A stretch of DNA of 61,459 bases, counting the filler, from Sphacelaria rigidula (taxonomy: Eukaryota), in NCBI GenBank assembly GCA_964200075.2. It is 7 parts of 7 records of this genome, joined end to end, with 100 filler letters (N's around TTAATTAATTAA, not from the genome) between each part and the next. Parts side by side here need not be neighbours in the genome. Positions count along the whole stretch, not along the records: positions 17,591 to 26,284 come from CAXNAA020010359.1; positions 26,385 to 35,078 come from CAXNAA020010360.1; positions 35,179 to 43,872 come from CAXNAA020010361.1; 4 more parts are not named here. One strand, written 5' to 3'. Positions 24,374-35,561 of the stretch are shown piece by piece. The notes beneath the pieces were generated by a model, which was not told the DNA's origin, made no database searches, and worked only from the letters and a program-made list of their open reading frames with translations. The first letter of the stretch is position 1. Every line of letters starts with the position of its first letter. The position numbers and the translations under genes are program-made.

Positions 24374-24850
24374 CGTACTGTATGTTGACAGCCGATCATC
24401 GAAATTGAGAATGGAAATTTTCAGTAAGGATGAGAACCCACAGGATTAAAATCTTCGTGTTCACACCACATCTTCGAAGTATGGTTCAATTCTTTCACCT
24501 ACTTGTAGCTATTGACAACTACTACACGTCATGAAATTTTGGATTTCGATAACCGAAATGTTTGGGTCCTAGGTGAAGAACTGATTTCGGGGAATTTCGG
24601 CGATCCGATCGGATCACCTAAATTCCCCAAAGTTATTTCTTCGCCGAGGACCCCAACATTCCGGTGATCGAAATTCAAATTTGTAGGGCGTGCAGTAGTC
24701 ATCAATAGCTACCCGTAGGTGAAGGAATGGAACGATATTTCGAAGATTCAGTGTGGATACGAAGATTTCTATTTTCCGGGCTCTTATCCTCAATGAAAAG
24801 GTCCATCCTCAGTTTCGGTGATCGGCTGCTTGTTGCGCCATACTGTACGT
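24374..24850. repeat. Long imperfect palindrome / fold-back element
   Basis: Symmetry centre GATCCGATCGGATC (24602-24615). Arms pair, e.g. TTCACCTACTTGTAGCTATTGA with TCAATAGCTACCCGTAGGTGAA, and CAGCCGATCATCGAAA with TTTCGGTGATCGGCTG. Confidence 0.85.
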
Positions 24851-25019
24851 GTATGTGCACAGAGTCGGCGTCACGTTCGCCATTCTCCACAGCAGAAGAT
24901 GACCGCACAAACAACGTGTTGTTCCTGTCCTGTTCTGTCTACAACTGCCCCCCTCTTTGCGGTCGAAAGTACACTACTGTCGCGCTGTCGGTGGTGTATC
25001 AGAACGGATGCATAAAGAG

Positions 25020-25715
25020 ACCATTATTTTTTGTGGAGACCAATCTGTATTTGTACAAATCTGTGGACTTCAGCCCGTCTGTCATGCGTGAGAAGACCAC
25101 GTGCTCAGAGGATCTGCACTGTAGCTCCAAATACCTCAGGTTCGATGCTTTTTAAGACCAATCGGGCCAGTCCCTAAAGGAACCACGCCCCTGACCCCAA
25201 CCCCGACCCCAACCCCAACCCTAATCCCAACAATAGGGATATTCAACTTCTGACGAGGTCCTCGAAGCACGCGGTCCTCTCACGCATTACCCCGTCTACA
25301 GGCGAGTGTTTCTTCCCGTGGATTGATTGTTCGGACACCAGTCCGTTGAACAATGTACCTCAGCTAGGTGTGAGAAAACCACATAAATTCTCCGTCCCTC
25401 TGGACGTACCTTTGGTATGTCACCTTTCTGCTCAAAACGAGACTGCAAATATGTGTCCGCGAGGGACACGCTTGGGACACAGGTCTGATTTTTGGACACG
25501 CATATATATCGGGATTGTCTCGATTTGTGCATAAAGGTGGCAAACCAAGTCGACGTCCAGAGAATCGGAGAATCGATGTGGTTCCCTCACATCTAGCCGA
25601 GAAGCACTGCCCGACGGACGAGGGATCCGAAAAATCAATCAACGGGAAACAATCACCCGCAGACCGCATGGAATCCTCAAATATGGAAAAATACAGATTG
25701 GTCCCCATAAAAAGT
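25020..25715. repeat. Fold-back element whose left arm is interrupted by a MITE
   Basis: GACCAATCTGTATTT pairs with AAATACAGATTGGTC; CTAGGTGTGAGAAAACCACAT pairs with ATGTGGTTCCCTCACATCTAG. Confidence 0.8.
25081..25290. mobile_element. Telomeric-repeat MITE, copy 3 (reverse orientation), with a 7-bp target duplication
   Basis: Same TIRs; internal degenerate CCC(C/T)(A/G)A repeats; CCCGTCT at both 25074-25080 and 25291-25297. Confidence 0.85.
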
Positions 25716-26284
25716 GTTCCACGCAAATGTGGACCATTCGGGTCAACGATTGTAAGCAAATGTGAGAGCAGAAGCTAGTATGCGAGGCGACCGGATTGCT
25801 GTGGATAGACATGTCGCTGCGCGGGAGCAACGTCCCGGAAATTGCTAGTGCTAGGGGTGTTTAAATTCCGATGCGGTCCAAAACGTACGTGATCCTCCCA
25901 CGCACTACACTGTCATTTTGATGAGACACGCCGTCAGGAACAGACTGTCCTCATTAGGAAGATGATGAAGTGCCCTACATGTGTGGTTCATGTCATACTC
26001 TTCGGTCGGTTCCGAATACAATAGTTTGGGCCGGGGATGTTCAGGACTTCTGAACCCCGTGCACGGCCATCGGAGAGACGTCCAAAAACTTCGAGGTGGG
26101 CCAGCGTCAAGTATACCGTTGAGGCTTGGCCAGTTTTACACAGCCCATTATGAAGAGAAGCTGATAGTTTGACACAAGTTTTGCATCATGGCAGGAAACC
26201 GTATTGCCGTAGAGTCGAGAGAAAAGGGACAGGGTGGCGGGGGGGGGGGGGGGAATCGAGGATACTCACACCCAATGTTGGGTA

Positions 26285-26384
26285 NNNNNNNNNNNNNNNN
26301 NNNNNNNNNNNNNNNNNNNNNNNNNNNNTTAATTAATTAANNNNNNNNNNNNNNNNNNNNNNNNNNNNNNNNNNNNNNNNNNNN
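26285..26384. other. Artificial contig spacer
   Basis: N44-TTAATTAATTAA-N44. Confidence 0.98.
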
Positions 26385-26445
26385 TGACCTCTGTAATAAG
26401 AGGCGATTCTACCAGTTTGAACACCGGGTGCCAGACAAAAAAGTG

Positions 26446-26710
26446 GATACTGTGGGTAATTCGAAGAGTTAGGCGCTGAAAATTTGACACATGTTTATCA
26501 TCACTGCGCACAACATTTCTCGTGGTACATCTGTATTTCTTCTTTTTCACGGCGCTATAGCATTCTTCTAGTTATTACAAAAACTTCAAATCGCTCGAAC
26601 TTCTTGTGCTTTTTTTTTGCGAATGCATCTCGAGAAATGTTGAGCGTAGTGACGATACAAATGTTGTGTCAAAATTTCAGTGCCCAACTCTTCAAATTAC
26701 CCACAGCATC
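26446..26710. mobile_element. MITE-like element with ~75-bp imperfect TIRs
   Basis: GATACTGTGGGTAATTCGAAGAGTTAGGCGCTGAAAATTTGACAC pairs with GTGTCAAAATTTCAGTGCCCAACTCTTCAAATTACCCACAGCATC. Confidence 0.8.
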
Positions 26711-27580
26711 GCCAAAATACATTTAAAAAGCACTCTCAGCTGGCCCAGCCTGTACCAGACCTGCCCTTTCTGGTGCTCCTTCACCATGAACATGTGGCTG
26801 TTGGGCATACAACTAGGAAACAGCCTCGGAGAATTCTTGGACGGTTGCTAGCCCGTAGCCAAGTACATGCAGTCAGTATGTATCTCTTCAACTCAGCAGT
26901 TTTCAGTTTTCGTGGGTACATGCTTCGTATGGTTTGCAGGTGGAGCACGCTGGCAGCCGCCGCTGTTTGTCTGTTGAGAAACATGCAAATACCATACATT
27001 CCGCCCTTTCATCCTTGTTTCTTGCAACGATCCTGATACTTCTGACACACCTTGAGCGTGTGTTGATGATCTTGCGCTCGCACCTCTTAGAGTACCTCAA
27101 ACTGTACTGTGCCCTCTCTTCTTCTCAGAGGACCTGTTCTGCTGCTACTCTACCGTACGTACATCACGCGAGCTTTTTTTCCATCAGGTGCTGAATACGA
27201 GGAGACGAAACAGTCAGCGCGCCATCGATCTGCGGTGAGTACTGTACTGCCGGGGCAAGACTGGCTGGCACACCTCAAGCGTGGTCTGCGATTGTGCGCG
27301 TGTCCTCTCAACTACAGGTAAGGTTGAACGGTTAGGACAAATCATCACGACTCAAAGTCACCAATTTCATGATTTCTTCGGCCTGATTGCCCGAAGGAGA
27401 GAAAAAAGTTGATCGCTGGTCCAAGGGTATCCAAGCAACTTTTGCGCCATTCCGCGGTGCTGGGCTGCGTGTACCTGGGTTGCAACGCGGAAATAAAGCC
27501 TAGGATTGATTCATCACCAGTCGACTCATCATGCTAAAACCAAGTTATTTTCAGACGGATAATTATTTGTCCGACCCTTG

Positions 27581-27806
27581 GAAGGTTGTGTTCTGTAGGG
27601 TATACCCGCTGCAATTCGTATAATCACATGATTGAAGAAGAGATATTTTATCAGTAAATCTCGGGTAAATGCCGTTCCAGACCGTACCGACGTGTTCAGC
27701 ACAGGGCTCGACACCCTGCCGGCCTTCACCGAAATCTGTACCCAACATTGGGGTATGGCAACCACAAATCCCACCTTCCGGGTATACCGTACAGAACACA
27801 GCCTTG
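27581..27806. mobile_element. Non-autonomous hAT-like MITE
   Basis: TIR AAGGTTGTGTTCTGTAGGGTATACCCG / CGGGTATACCGTACAGAACACAGCCTT; degenerate 8-bp flanks GACCCTTG / CACCCATG (6/8 identical). Confidence 0.7.
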
Positions 27807-28442
27807 CACCCATGTGTATTCCCTCTTCATTTACCACTGCTGCAGTACCAGATGCTGCTACTCTATACCGTACATCATGCAAACTTTCTTCATCGTCATC
27901 GGTGCGCGGACACAACGGTCACAGCAGTCGGCGGGCAACCGCTGTCCACCGAACAGAGTCTACTATTATGCATGCTCATGTCTCAAATCAAGTGCTCCAC
28001 AACACTATCCGGTACAGACAGACAGTATGAAGCTATGCCGGCCACAAAAGAGCGGTCAGACAGGCAGCAAATACTACGAACAGTTTGTAGACACTCTCTT
28101 GTGCCTATGCTATCCATGGTTGAATGGCCCATGACCATTTTGGTCACATACAACAACACTGAGAAGTGATATGTCTACCCACGGACGACCAGTAGGCGAA
28201 CAAAGTGACCACTTCGATAGGTGTGATTAATGAGAATAGTAACTCCGCTCCTCTCGGGCCTCGTTCCTGGCTTAGAATTTCCCGCGGGAAACTCCCGAAC
28301 ATAGATGGTTGAGCTTTCGTGAGCTTTCCGGGTGTTCTCCGAACAGGAACCCCCCCCCTCTCCCACCCCTTCCACGCCGCATGTGAAAAGTTTTTTTTTG
28401 TAATGTGTGGGAGAAACGTCATGAGCACCTTGATGTTGGAGG

Positions 28443-28555
28443 CGTCTCTACTAGGACTAGGAACGGTGCTCCGCCTCGGAATGGATGCGTGGTCAATGGT
28501 CAAACGACTGAGCCAAGCAACACACGAGTACGCCCCCCACCCCACCCCGCCCCCT
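28443..28555 (+). repeat. Dispersed ~110-bp repeat ending in a C-run (also 61297-61420 +, 60262-60345 -; more distant relatives 49150-49262 - and 52767-52870 +)
   Basis: Shared core GGATGCG(T/A)GGTCAATGGTC..ACGAC...CAAGCAACA...GAGTACGCC followed by poly-C. Confidence 0.8.
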
Positions 28556-29004
28556 GGAAACCCTCGCATGTTCCTGGACTGTCAAGCCGATGAAACTGTT
28601 CCGAGGCGACGCTCGAAGTCAAAGACTTTCAGTCACAGGGTTAATCGCTTGACTGCGAGCGGTGGTCTATTCGTCAGACGGAATTGTCTTGATCATGTTT
28701 TCGAGTGCAAGAGATCCTGATTCATAGATGGACCGCCGCCTGCAGTCAAAAGGTTGACCCTTCGAATCTCAGCATAGATCATCTGCTGATTCGACATCAG
28801 TTTCAATTGAAAAAAAATGCATCCCCAAGATAACCTACCCTCTCGGCCAAGGGATCAAACCTTTCACCGCCAAGGGATTCTGTTCCGATTTCTTTTTTTT
28901 TCTTTTGGCGGAAGACTGGTAGATGTTTGACTTTTAGTTTTTGGACAAGGGAAAGACAACAGACAAGATATTACATTTTTTTTTCGGGAAAAACAAGCAT
29001 CAAG

Positions 29005-29091
29005 GGAGTTATCTCAAACTCGAGATTCCCAGTGTAATCAACTGAAAATTTCCATTAGATATACCAGGAATCTCGAGTTTGAGATACCTCC
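29005..29091. mobile_element. ~85-bp hairpin MITE; second copy at 30419-30503
   Basis: TIR TATCTCAAACTCGAGATTCC / GGAATCTCGAGTTTGAGATA; the second copy has the same termini with a few substitutions. Confidence 0.85.
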
Positions 29092-29139
29092 AATGACTTG
29101 TACAAGAAGCGATGGTGAACAGGGATTCAGGCAGTGTCT

Positions 29140-29310
29140 TCTCAAATGGCTTTCGACTCGAAAACGTACGGTAGAATCGAACTTGCTCTTACCTAATACG
29201 TCCACACGGCATCCATGTTCTCAACCATCTGAGCAAATGAAGAGCGTGGACGAATCAGAAACGAGCGAATTCAATTCGACCGCACGTTTTCGACACGATA
29301 ACAATTTGAT
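29140..29310. repeat. Dispersed TIR repeat; reverse-orientation copy at 43973-44135
   Basis: TCGAAAACGTACGGTAGAATCGAA...TTCAATTCGACCGCACGTTTTCGA with a shared internal GGCATCCATGTTCTCAACCATCTGAG. Confidence 0.85.
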
Positions 29311-29338
29311 AAGACACGACCTTAGCACAATTTGATAA

Positions 29339-29521
29339 GGTCCTGTCTTGGCAAATGGGTTCTCGATCGAAAAAGTACAGTGGAAACAAAAATCCTGATC
29401 TGATGGGTCGTAATTTTAACAATCGTCGTTTATTTTGAAGATAATTGGAATCATGATATATTAAATCAGGATTTTTGTTTTCTCCCGCACTTTTCAGATC
29501 GAAAATTCATGTGCTAAGGCC
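29339..29521. mobile_element. Degenerate copy of the Harbinger-like MITE at 50739-50927
   Basis: CCTGTCTTGGCA..TCGATCGAAA..AAAAATCCTGATCTGAT...ATCAGGATTTTTGTTTT..GATCGAAAATTCATGTGCTAA matches the 50739 element. Confidence 0.8.
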
Positions 29522-29522
29522 A

Positions 29523-29982
29523 ACTCTAGTGGGAGCCGTTCAAATTTCTGTCAAAAACTGCCTTTTGGGCCCTTCTCCGTCGATTTACACTCGAGAAGAG
29601 GGTTGGGCGGATGCTGGTGCCTTGGAATGACTTGCTCTACTTGTTGAGACCGTTCTGGGGCAACTCTGCATTTCTCGCTGGCCGCACTTTCGTTTTTGAC
29701 CGAATCAGGCCGAACACGGATTTTCAGTAAAAAACGGTCAGGTGATCAAGAGTCCCTCCTGTTTTTTGATCGCTTGATCGTTTTTGTCAGAAATCCGTGT
29801 TAGGCCGAGAATGAGAGTGCGGCCAGCGGGGAATGCAAAGTCGCCCTGGAATGACCTCAGTGAGTAGAGCAATTTATTCCAAGGCGTCAACAGCCGCCTA
29901 GCCCTCTTTTCAGGCGTAAAACGACGGAGAAGAGCCAGAAAGGCAGGTTTCGACTGGAATTTTGAACGGCTCCCATTAGAGT
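29523..29982. repeat. ~460-bp fold-back element; related decayed copy at ~30780-31095
   Basis: ACTCTAGTGGGAGCCGTTCAAA pairs with TTTGAACGGCTCCCATTAGAGT; CCTTGGAATGACTTGCTCTACT pairs with AGTAGAGCAATTTATTCCAAGG. Confidence 0.85.
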
Positions 29983-32952
29983 CAGTCTAAATCAGGCTTT
30001 AAGACTTAGATCGCGAGATTAATCTTCCTGGATCATGCATACTTTTCTTCACTTGAAATTGATGCCGATTCAACAGAAGACTAACGTCGCGGTCTAAGGG
30101 TTAAGACACGGCCTCAGAACCCCGACTTGAGGCCTACCACTAAAACCTTGCGGTTTGGGTAGAGGTGTGTAACTCACTCACCACGTACACTTTCGTATAT
30201 ATATTTTCCCCCAAGAAATTGCGGGTGAACTAACAAGCAGATAATGGGGGATAAATGACCAAAAAAATTGACGTCAAGTTTTCAATAATTTCATGGGAAA
30301 ACGGTAGCGGCATTCCACTCGGACGTGCTGTCAGCGGCCATGTGTGTTCACAACTCCACGACTGTGTTGGGGTCGTCTTCGCAACTTCCCATCTTCTATA
30401 CTACTATTGGACTTCATGGAGGTATCTCAAACTCGAGGTTCCCGGTATATTTGACTGAGAATTACTGTAAAAAACATCAGGAACCACAAGTTTGAGATAC
30501 CTCTAATACCGTCAAACTTGTACCGTGATGAACTGCGGAAGAACCACAACACAACCCCGGGAAGGTTTGGCATCAATCTTCCATCAGATGTGAGATCTGC
30601 TCTCATGAGAGTGACACCCACCCACAATTTCCGACTACAACTCGTATTCCGCTCATGTTTCTTCTTCTTTTTTTTTGCACTTATTCTACGCAGCACGTTA
30701 TACTGCTAATAGCAAACAAAGCTGAAAATGTGGGACAGCGCCTTTTTTGGAGCTTGTTCGTCGTCAGAGAGCTAGGAGGAGTTTGACACCATGGAATAAC
30801 TTGCTCTACTAGTTGAGACGGATCCAGGACACCTTGCCGTTTCAAGAACAAGAGAAAACAGCAAAGTCCAGAGAAGAGCAGCGATTTCTTTTCTAGATTT
30901 GACTGCTTTTTACTTTTTTTCGACAAAAATTCTTGCTTGGCCGAATCAAAAACTGCGGCCACCTGGAAACGGGAATATGTCCTGGAACCGCCTCACCTAC
31001 TAGAGCAAGTCATTCCAAGGTGTCTGTAATAACACCGCTTATTGTAGCTCTCTTCTGGGGCATAAAACGGCGTAACAGCTCTAAAAAGGCAATTTTCCAG
31101 ATTTTTATTCTTGTCTGTTATAACCCTCGCCCCGCGAGGGTAGTCCATGTGATTCATTTACACTTTTTTCAAGTGAAATTCAAGTGAAATTGATGCCGAT
31201 TTCAATGTGGAGACAACAACAACAACAATTCAACGGATGACCTACTCTCGCCGTCAACGAGTTGAAAGTTGGTGCTGTATTAGAGCTGCTGCTCGCCTGC
31301 CGTTTACGGTCGTACAACGGGGACCCATCCAAACCTTGTGACAAAAAGTAATCGTTGTACACACATAGCCCACCTAGTCCTGACCGCGGGAAGCATAACG
31401 GTCTCCCGAGGACACTTCTTGCTCATGCACACACGGCCACCGACCAGTCCGGCAATCGCACTCAGCTGCTGTGCTCCGCTGTTATTGAACCAAATACTGA
31501 TGTGAGAGTGAAAAACAAGGGGCGAACTTTCCTCGCTGCGTGAGAGCGAAAAAGTCCATCCCAACACATCTTCCGTCACACCACGACCCACACGCTATTC
31601 CCCATTTCCTATTATTTTTGGGTGACGGCGAAATATCTCAGAAACAATTTGTATACGGCGCGTATCCATCCTGTACGACAACAGTACAGCACACGGAATA
31701 CAGCGCGGTCAGTGAGTTGTACAGCGCTTCAGTACAGTACAGTGGTGCAGGCACTCGAGCCTTCCCGGATTTTGATGACCCTGGGCCGCCACCGTTATTT
31801 CAGGCAGAGCCGACAGGACTACATACCGATGATTATGCGTACCAAGCTTCCAGCGCATCGACGTACAGTTCATCGCTGCGATGGACGTACAGAGAGTGTG
31901 GGCTCTACTGAACATACTTTCAGCAGACTTTCAACGACTACACCACACAATTCTGGTTTCACCAATCAGCTCTTGTCTACAGGTACAGGTCGCCTCAGAA
32001 CGAAAGATGAGTGTCCCGAAACTTCAATCAACTCATCTGTCAAAAACAGCTGTTGTCCCGTCCACGCGAAATATATTCCATACAAGTGCAAATTTTCTGA
32101 GCGACGGGGAAACTACGACAGCGGTTCGCCGATCACCCGGCAAGGGGCGAAAGGCAACGAGCAATGCACCGACCGCCGGATTGCAGTTCGACTCGTGATC
32201 ATAAAAAAACAGCACTCAGTTCCACCACCTGGACCAATCTCAAGTTTGCGGGGAGCTGTAACCAAATGAGGCACTGGATAATGGATCAGTAATCTGCTAC
32301 TCTTCGTCAGATTTGATTGCCCACTATTGACTGTAGTTAGTATTGATGTACCTGGATGCACAGGGTATCAACCGCGGCGCCCGCCTGTACTCACTGTACT
32401 GGTTGGTTCTGACGATGGAAATGTAGTTGAAGGAAGGCTTCGGTTGCAGGTACAGTCAGCCCACAGCAAAAAAAAAAGAGCCAGTATATTACAGTCAGTA
32501 CAAAATTAAACCGTCGAATACGGTCAAGCAGTCAGGCAGCATCTGTCTTTGCAACTATCGCGTGCTAAAACACAAGACTACAAACCGAAACAGGCACTGC
32601 GAACTGCAATATATACGACTCGGAAAGCCCACCGCACGTATCCTATCTTTCTCTCCCACCACGGGTTTCTCTCTCTGTCGCTGTCTGTGCCACACCAGGT
32701 CCCTCTAGGTTAAGCAGAATTTTCTGTTCCGAGTTAATTTGTATCCGATACACCACACTCACAACTGTTGACTTGAAAATAGAGTGCAGTAGGAGTGTGC
32801 TCGTAACTCGCACAGAAATCGTCAGGGTTCGCCATTGTTGTTGGGTAGCCACTCAGGAGAAACGGGCTAACACACAGCCGACACGAAGAGAAGGCTTTCC
32901 TTCCCGTTCTCCCCGCCCCTTTCTCGTTGGTCCTAGCCTTCTCAATCCTCAC

Positions 32953-33085
32953 CTGAGAACGCTCGTCCCCTGTGCAGCGTCGCCGCTAGCGGCTTGGGCA
33001 AGAAAAAACTGGCACCGAACTGAAAAAACAGGGCCAAAAGAGACAGGAGGACCAACGGCGAAAGCTGCGCGAATGGGCACGCCAT
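32953..33085 (-). CDS. Candidate first exon of a gene with a heterokont bipartite plastid-targeting leader; product unknown
   Basis: MACPFAQLSPLVLLSLLALFFQFGAS-FFLPKPLAATLHRGRAFS: hydrophobic core, AS-F cleavage motif and a basic/Ala transit-like segment, ending at a CAG|GTGAGG donor. Confidence 0.5.
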
Positions 33086-35078
33086 TGCTGTGGCTACACT
33101 CCAGCCTTCACCACAGCAAATCCGCACCAAGGTAAGAAAGTTTACAAACCGAAAGCGACAGAGCTAGCTGTCCTCCGCCTTTCTACTGGGTGTGCTTTGT
33201 GTGAAGGTATAGGTCGGCGGCTTTCGTTTCGGATTAGCCGATTGTGATTGGAGTATGACACAAAGCGGTAAGGCGTGGGTACTGCCACTTGGTCGAATGA
33301 CGCTTTGAAGAATTTTCTAGGAAATTCTTGATTTTGAAATAAGCGTGATCGCCCGACCCAAGGCATTCTGAGAAACCTCGAGCAACGCGTGCCGAGGATG
33401 CTTTAGGCTAAGCATGCATTATCAGGCCTCAAATCGGCGCCGATTCGAACCAAAACGCGCCCTGCGTTTTGCGCACGCTTGGAGCACGTGAGACTGTCAG
33501 CTGGCAGCCACACTGAAGATCCGAAAGCCGTTGCTCGCATTATAAACGAGTGATTCAATTCCGAGAAAGTTCCATTCGGTCAACTTTGAATATCTAATAT
33601 CTACAGGAATATCCCCCATCATAATTGATTGAGAAGAGAGGAATCGGTACTGCGTTCTCACCATGGCACTGAGGCCTTTTCTCAGCAAAATATTTTCCCA
33701 TCGAAAACGCGCGGCGGAAAAAAAACTCCAATTTGATAGGTCGTCTTTCATGTCCACGTCATTTATTATGTTGAACTGACGACCGATCAGATCGGTTTTT
33801 TAACGCGTTTTTTTTTTCTTTCCTACCACACGTTTTCGGTAAAAAAATGCTGTGTGAAGGCACGCACTGACTTCAGAAGGCTTTTGAGTGAAAAATTACC
33901 GCTGCGCGGTCCGTTTCGCATACGAAAACACACCACTCTCGTCAAGGTAGCATGTATATACGGCAGCATTGCAAATGGGCATTCGTCAAGTCCGCAGATG
34001 AACCCTCTATATGCGTGTACGTTGTGTTGCCATCCCATCAATTCTGGCGCCAGTGTACGCCTTTCGATATTTGTTGGCACATCAGCCAGGGTCACACAGG
34101 AGGAAGGCCAACACAGCAGTTTCTTCTTTTTATTTTCGTACACTACCTTCTTTTTGCGGTGCTTGTCTTGTGTTTTATCGCGACGGGGATCCAGCAGTGA
34201 TTTTCCCTCGTCGATCGTGAAGTCAAATTTTGTGTATCCACGACATGATGACTCGCCACTGTTGTTGAGCATGGATGGTGTGAGAAGAATCCCAGATGGT
34301 GTGAATGCACCGAAAGTTGAGCCCAAGCATCGGAAATCGAACCCTCGTCCTCTCCACCTTAATGGTGCCAGTCGGACCCTTGTGCCACCGGGGCGCTGCC
34401 AGGTACACGCATTATCAGACTGCTGGGAAACCTCGGTACACTCAGTAACCCCTGCAGGCCACACCGCTATACTGAAAGGTGCCCCCGATTACGTTATTCG
34501 ATGAACTCCTAGGCAGGCTCCTTCTGTTGATACTTGCTGCTGCTACATGGTGCACAAACTGTCCAGCCAACAAACATCTGATGTAGATATTGAATCGACA
34601 GTTGACCGCATCGCCACATACGCATCCACCGCGCATGTCCCTAGCTTGGGGAGCAAACTGATTTCACCTTGCCCTACATTAAAAGTGAGATAATATGGTT
34701 AGCTTGCTTGCCGCAGTCGCCGCCTACTGGAGACTAGAGTTCTGTAGCCAAGCCCCCCTCCACGCCGTCTCACCCCGTAGTATTCTTGACCCTACACCAC
34801 CCTACTGTACCACCGGGCACGGAAAACAGGAAACACCAAAGCGATGCGGATGGACTATCAATATTTCAATAAAGAAAAACGGCAGCATGCACTGCAAAAC
34901 ATCCCAACAAGTACAGGACCAAACAAAAAACAGACAAAAATAAAGCTTACACAACAGCAGAAGCAGCAGGAAGCAAGAACTGTACAACAGTGGCCAACAC
35001 CAATACCATGATAGAGCCCCCCCAGCCGGCCCACCCCCCCCCCCCCTCCCCGCCACCCGGCCCACCGCCCCCGGATGC

Positions 35079-35178
35079 NNNNNNNNNNNNNNNNNNNNNN
35101 NNNNNNNNNNNNNNNNNNNNNNTTAATTAATTAANNNNNNNNNNNNNNNNNNNNNNNNNNNNNNNNNNNNNNNNNNNN
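35079..35178. other. Artificial contig spacer
   Basis: N44-TTAATTAATTAA-N44. Confidence 0.98.
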
Positions 35179-35561
35179 AAAGCGAATGATCAAAGCCACT
35201 CTCAATCGTATCATCTACTCTCAATCTCACGAAAACACTGTTTACTGTCGGTTGCTCAGACCTCCTCTTCGTGTCACCATGTCCCATCGACCATGTGCAG
35301 ATAGGAAAACCAACAGCACACCACGAGTCTTACCCCGGATTCACAGCCGTCTCTAACTCTAGCGCCAAGACTGACCGTCTCACCCTGCCCCTAAACGTGA
35401 TCATCCCAAGAACCTACAGGGTCGCGAACGTCCAAGAGTCAGAGAGCCGAGGTGTTGTGGAGAGATAGCTGGAGAGATAGCTCGCCTGCTAAGTGACCAG
35501 TTACAGCATCCACCAAGTCTCACGCATATACGCGGTGAAGACACGAACAGCGCGGGGAAAA

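Noticed and set aside
30086..30160. tRNA-like sequence (GCGGTCTAAGGGTTAAGAC)
   Set aside because: A-box-like only; no T-loop GTTCRA or closable acceptor stem.
33823..34700. Overlapping ~215-aa ORFs on both strands; faint Ulp1 protease-like QQxD-C motif
   Set aside because: No complete catalytic motif set or recognisable domain; cannot be supported without a search.
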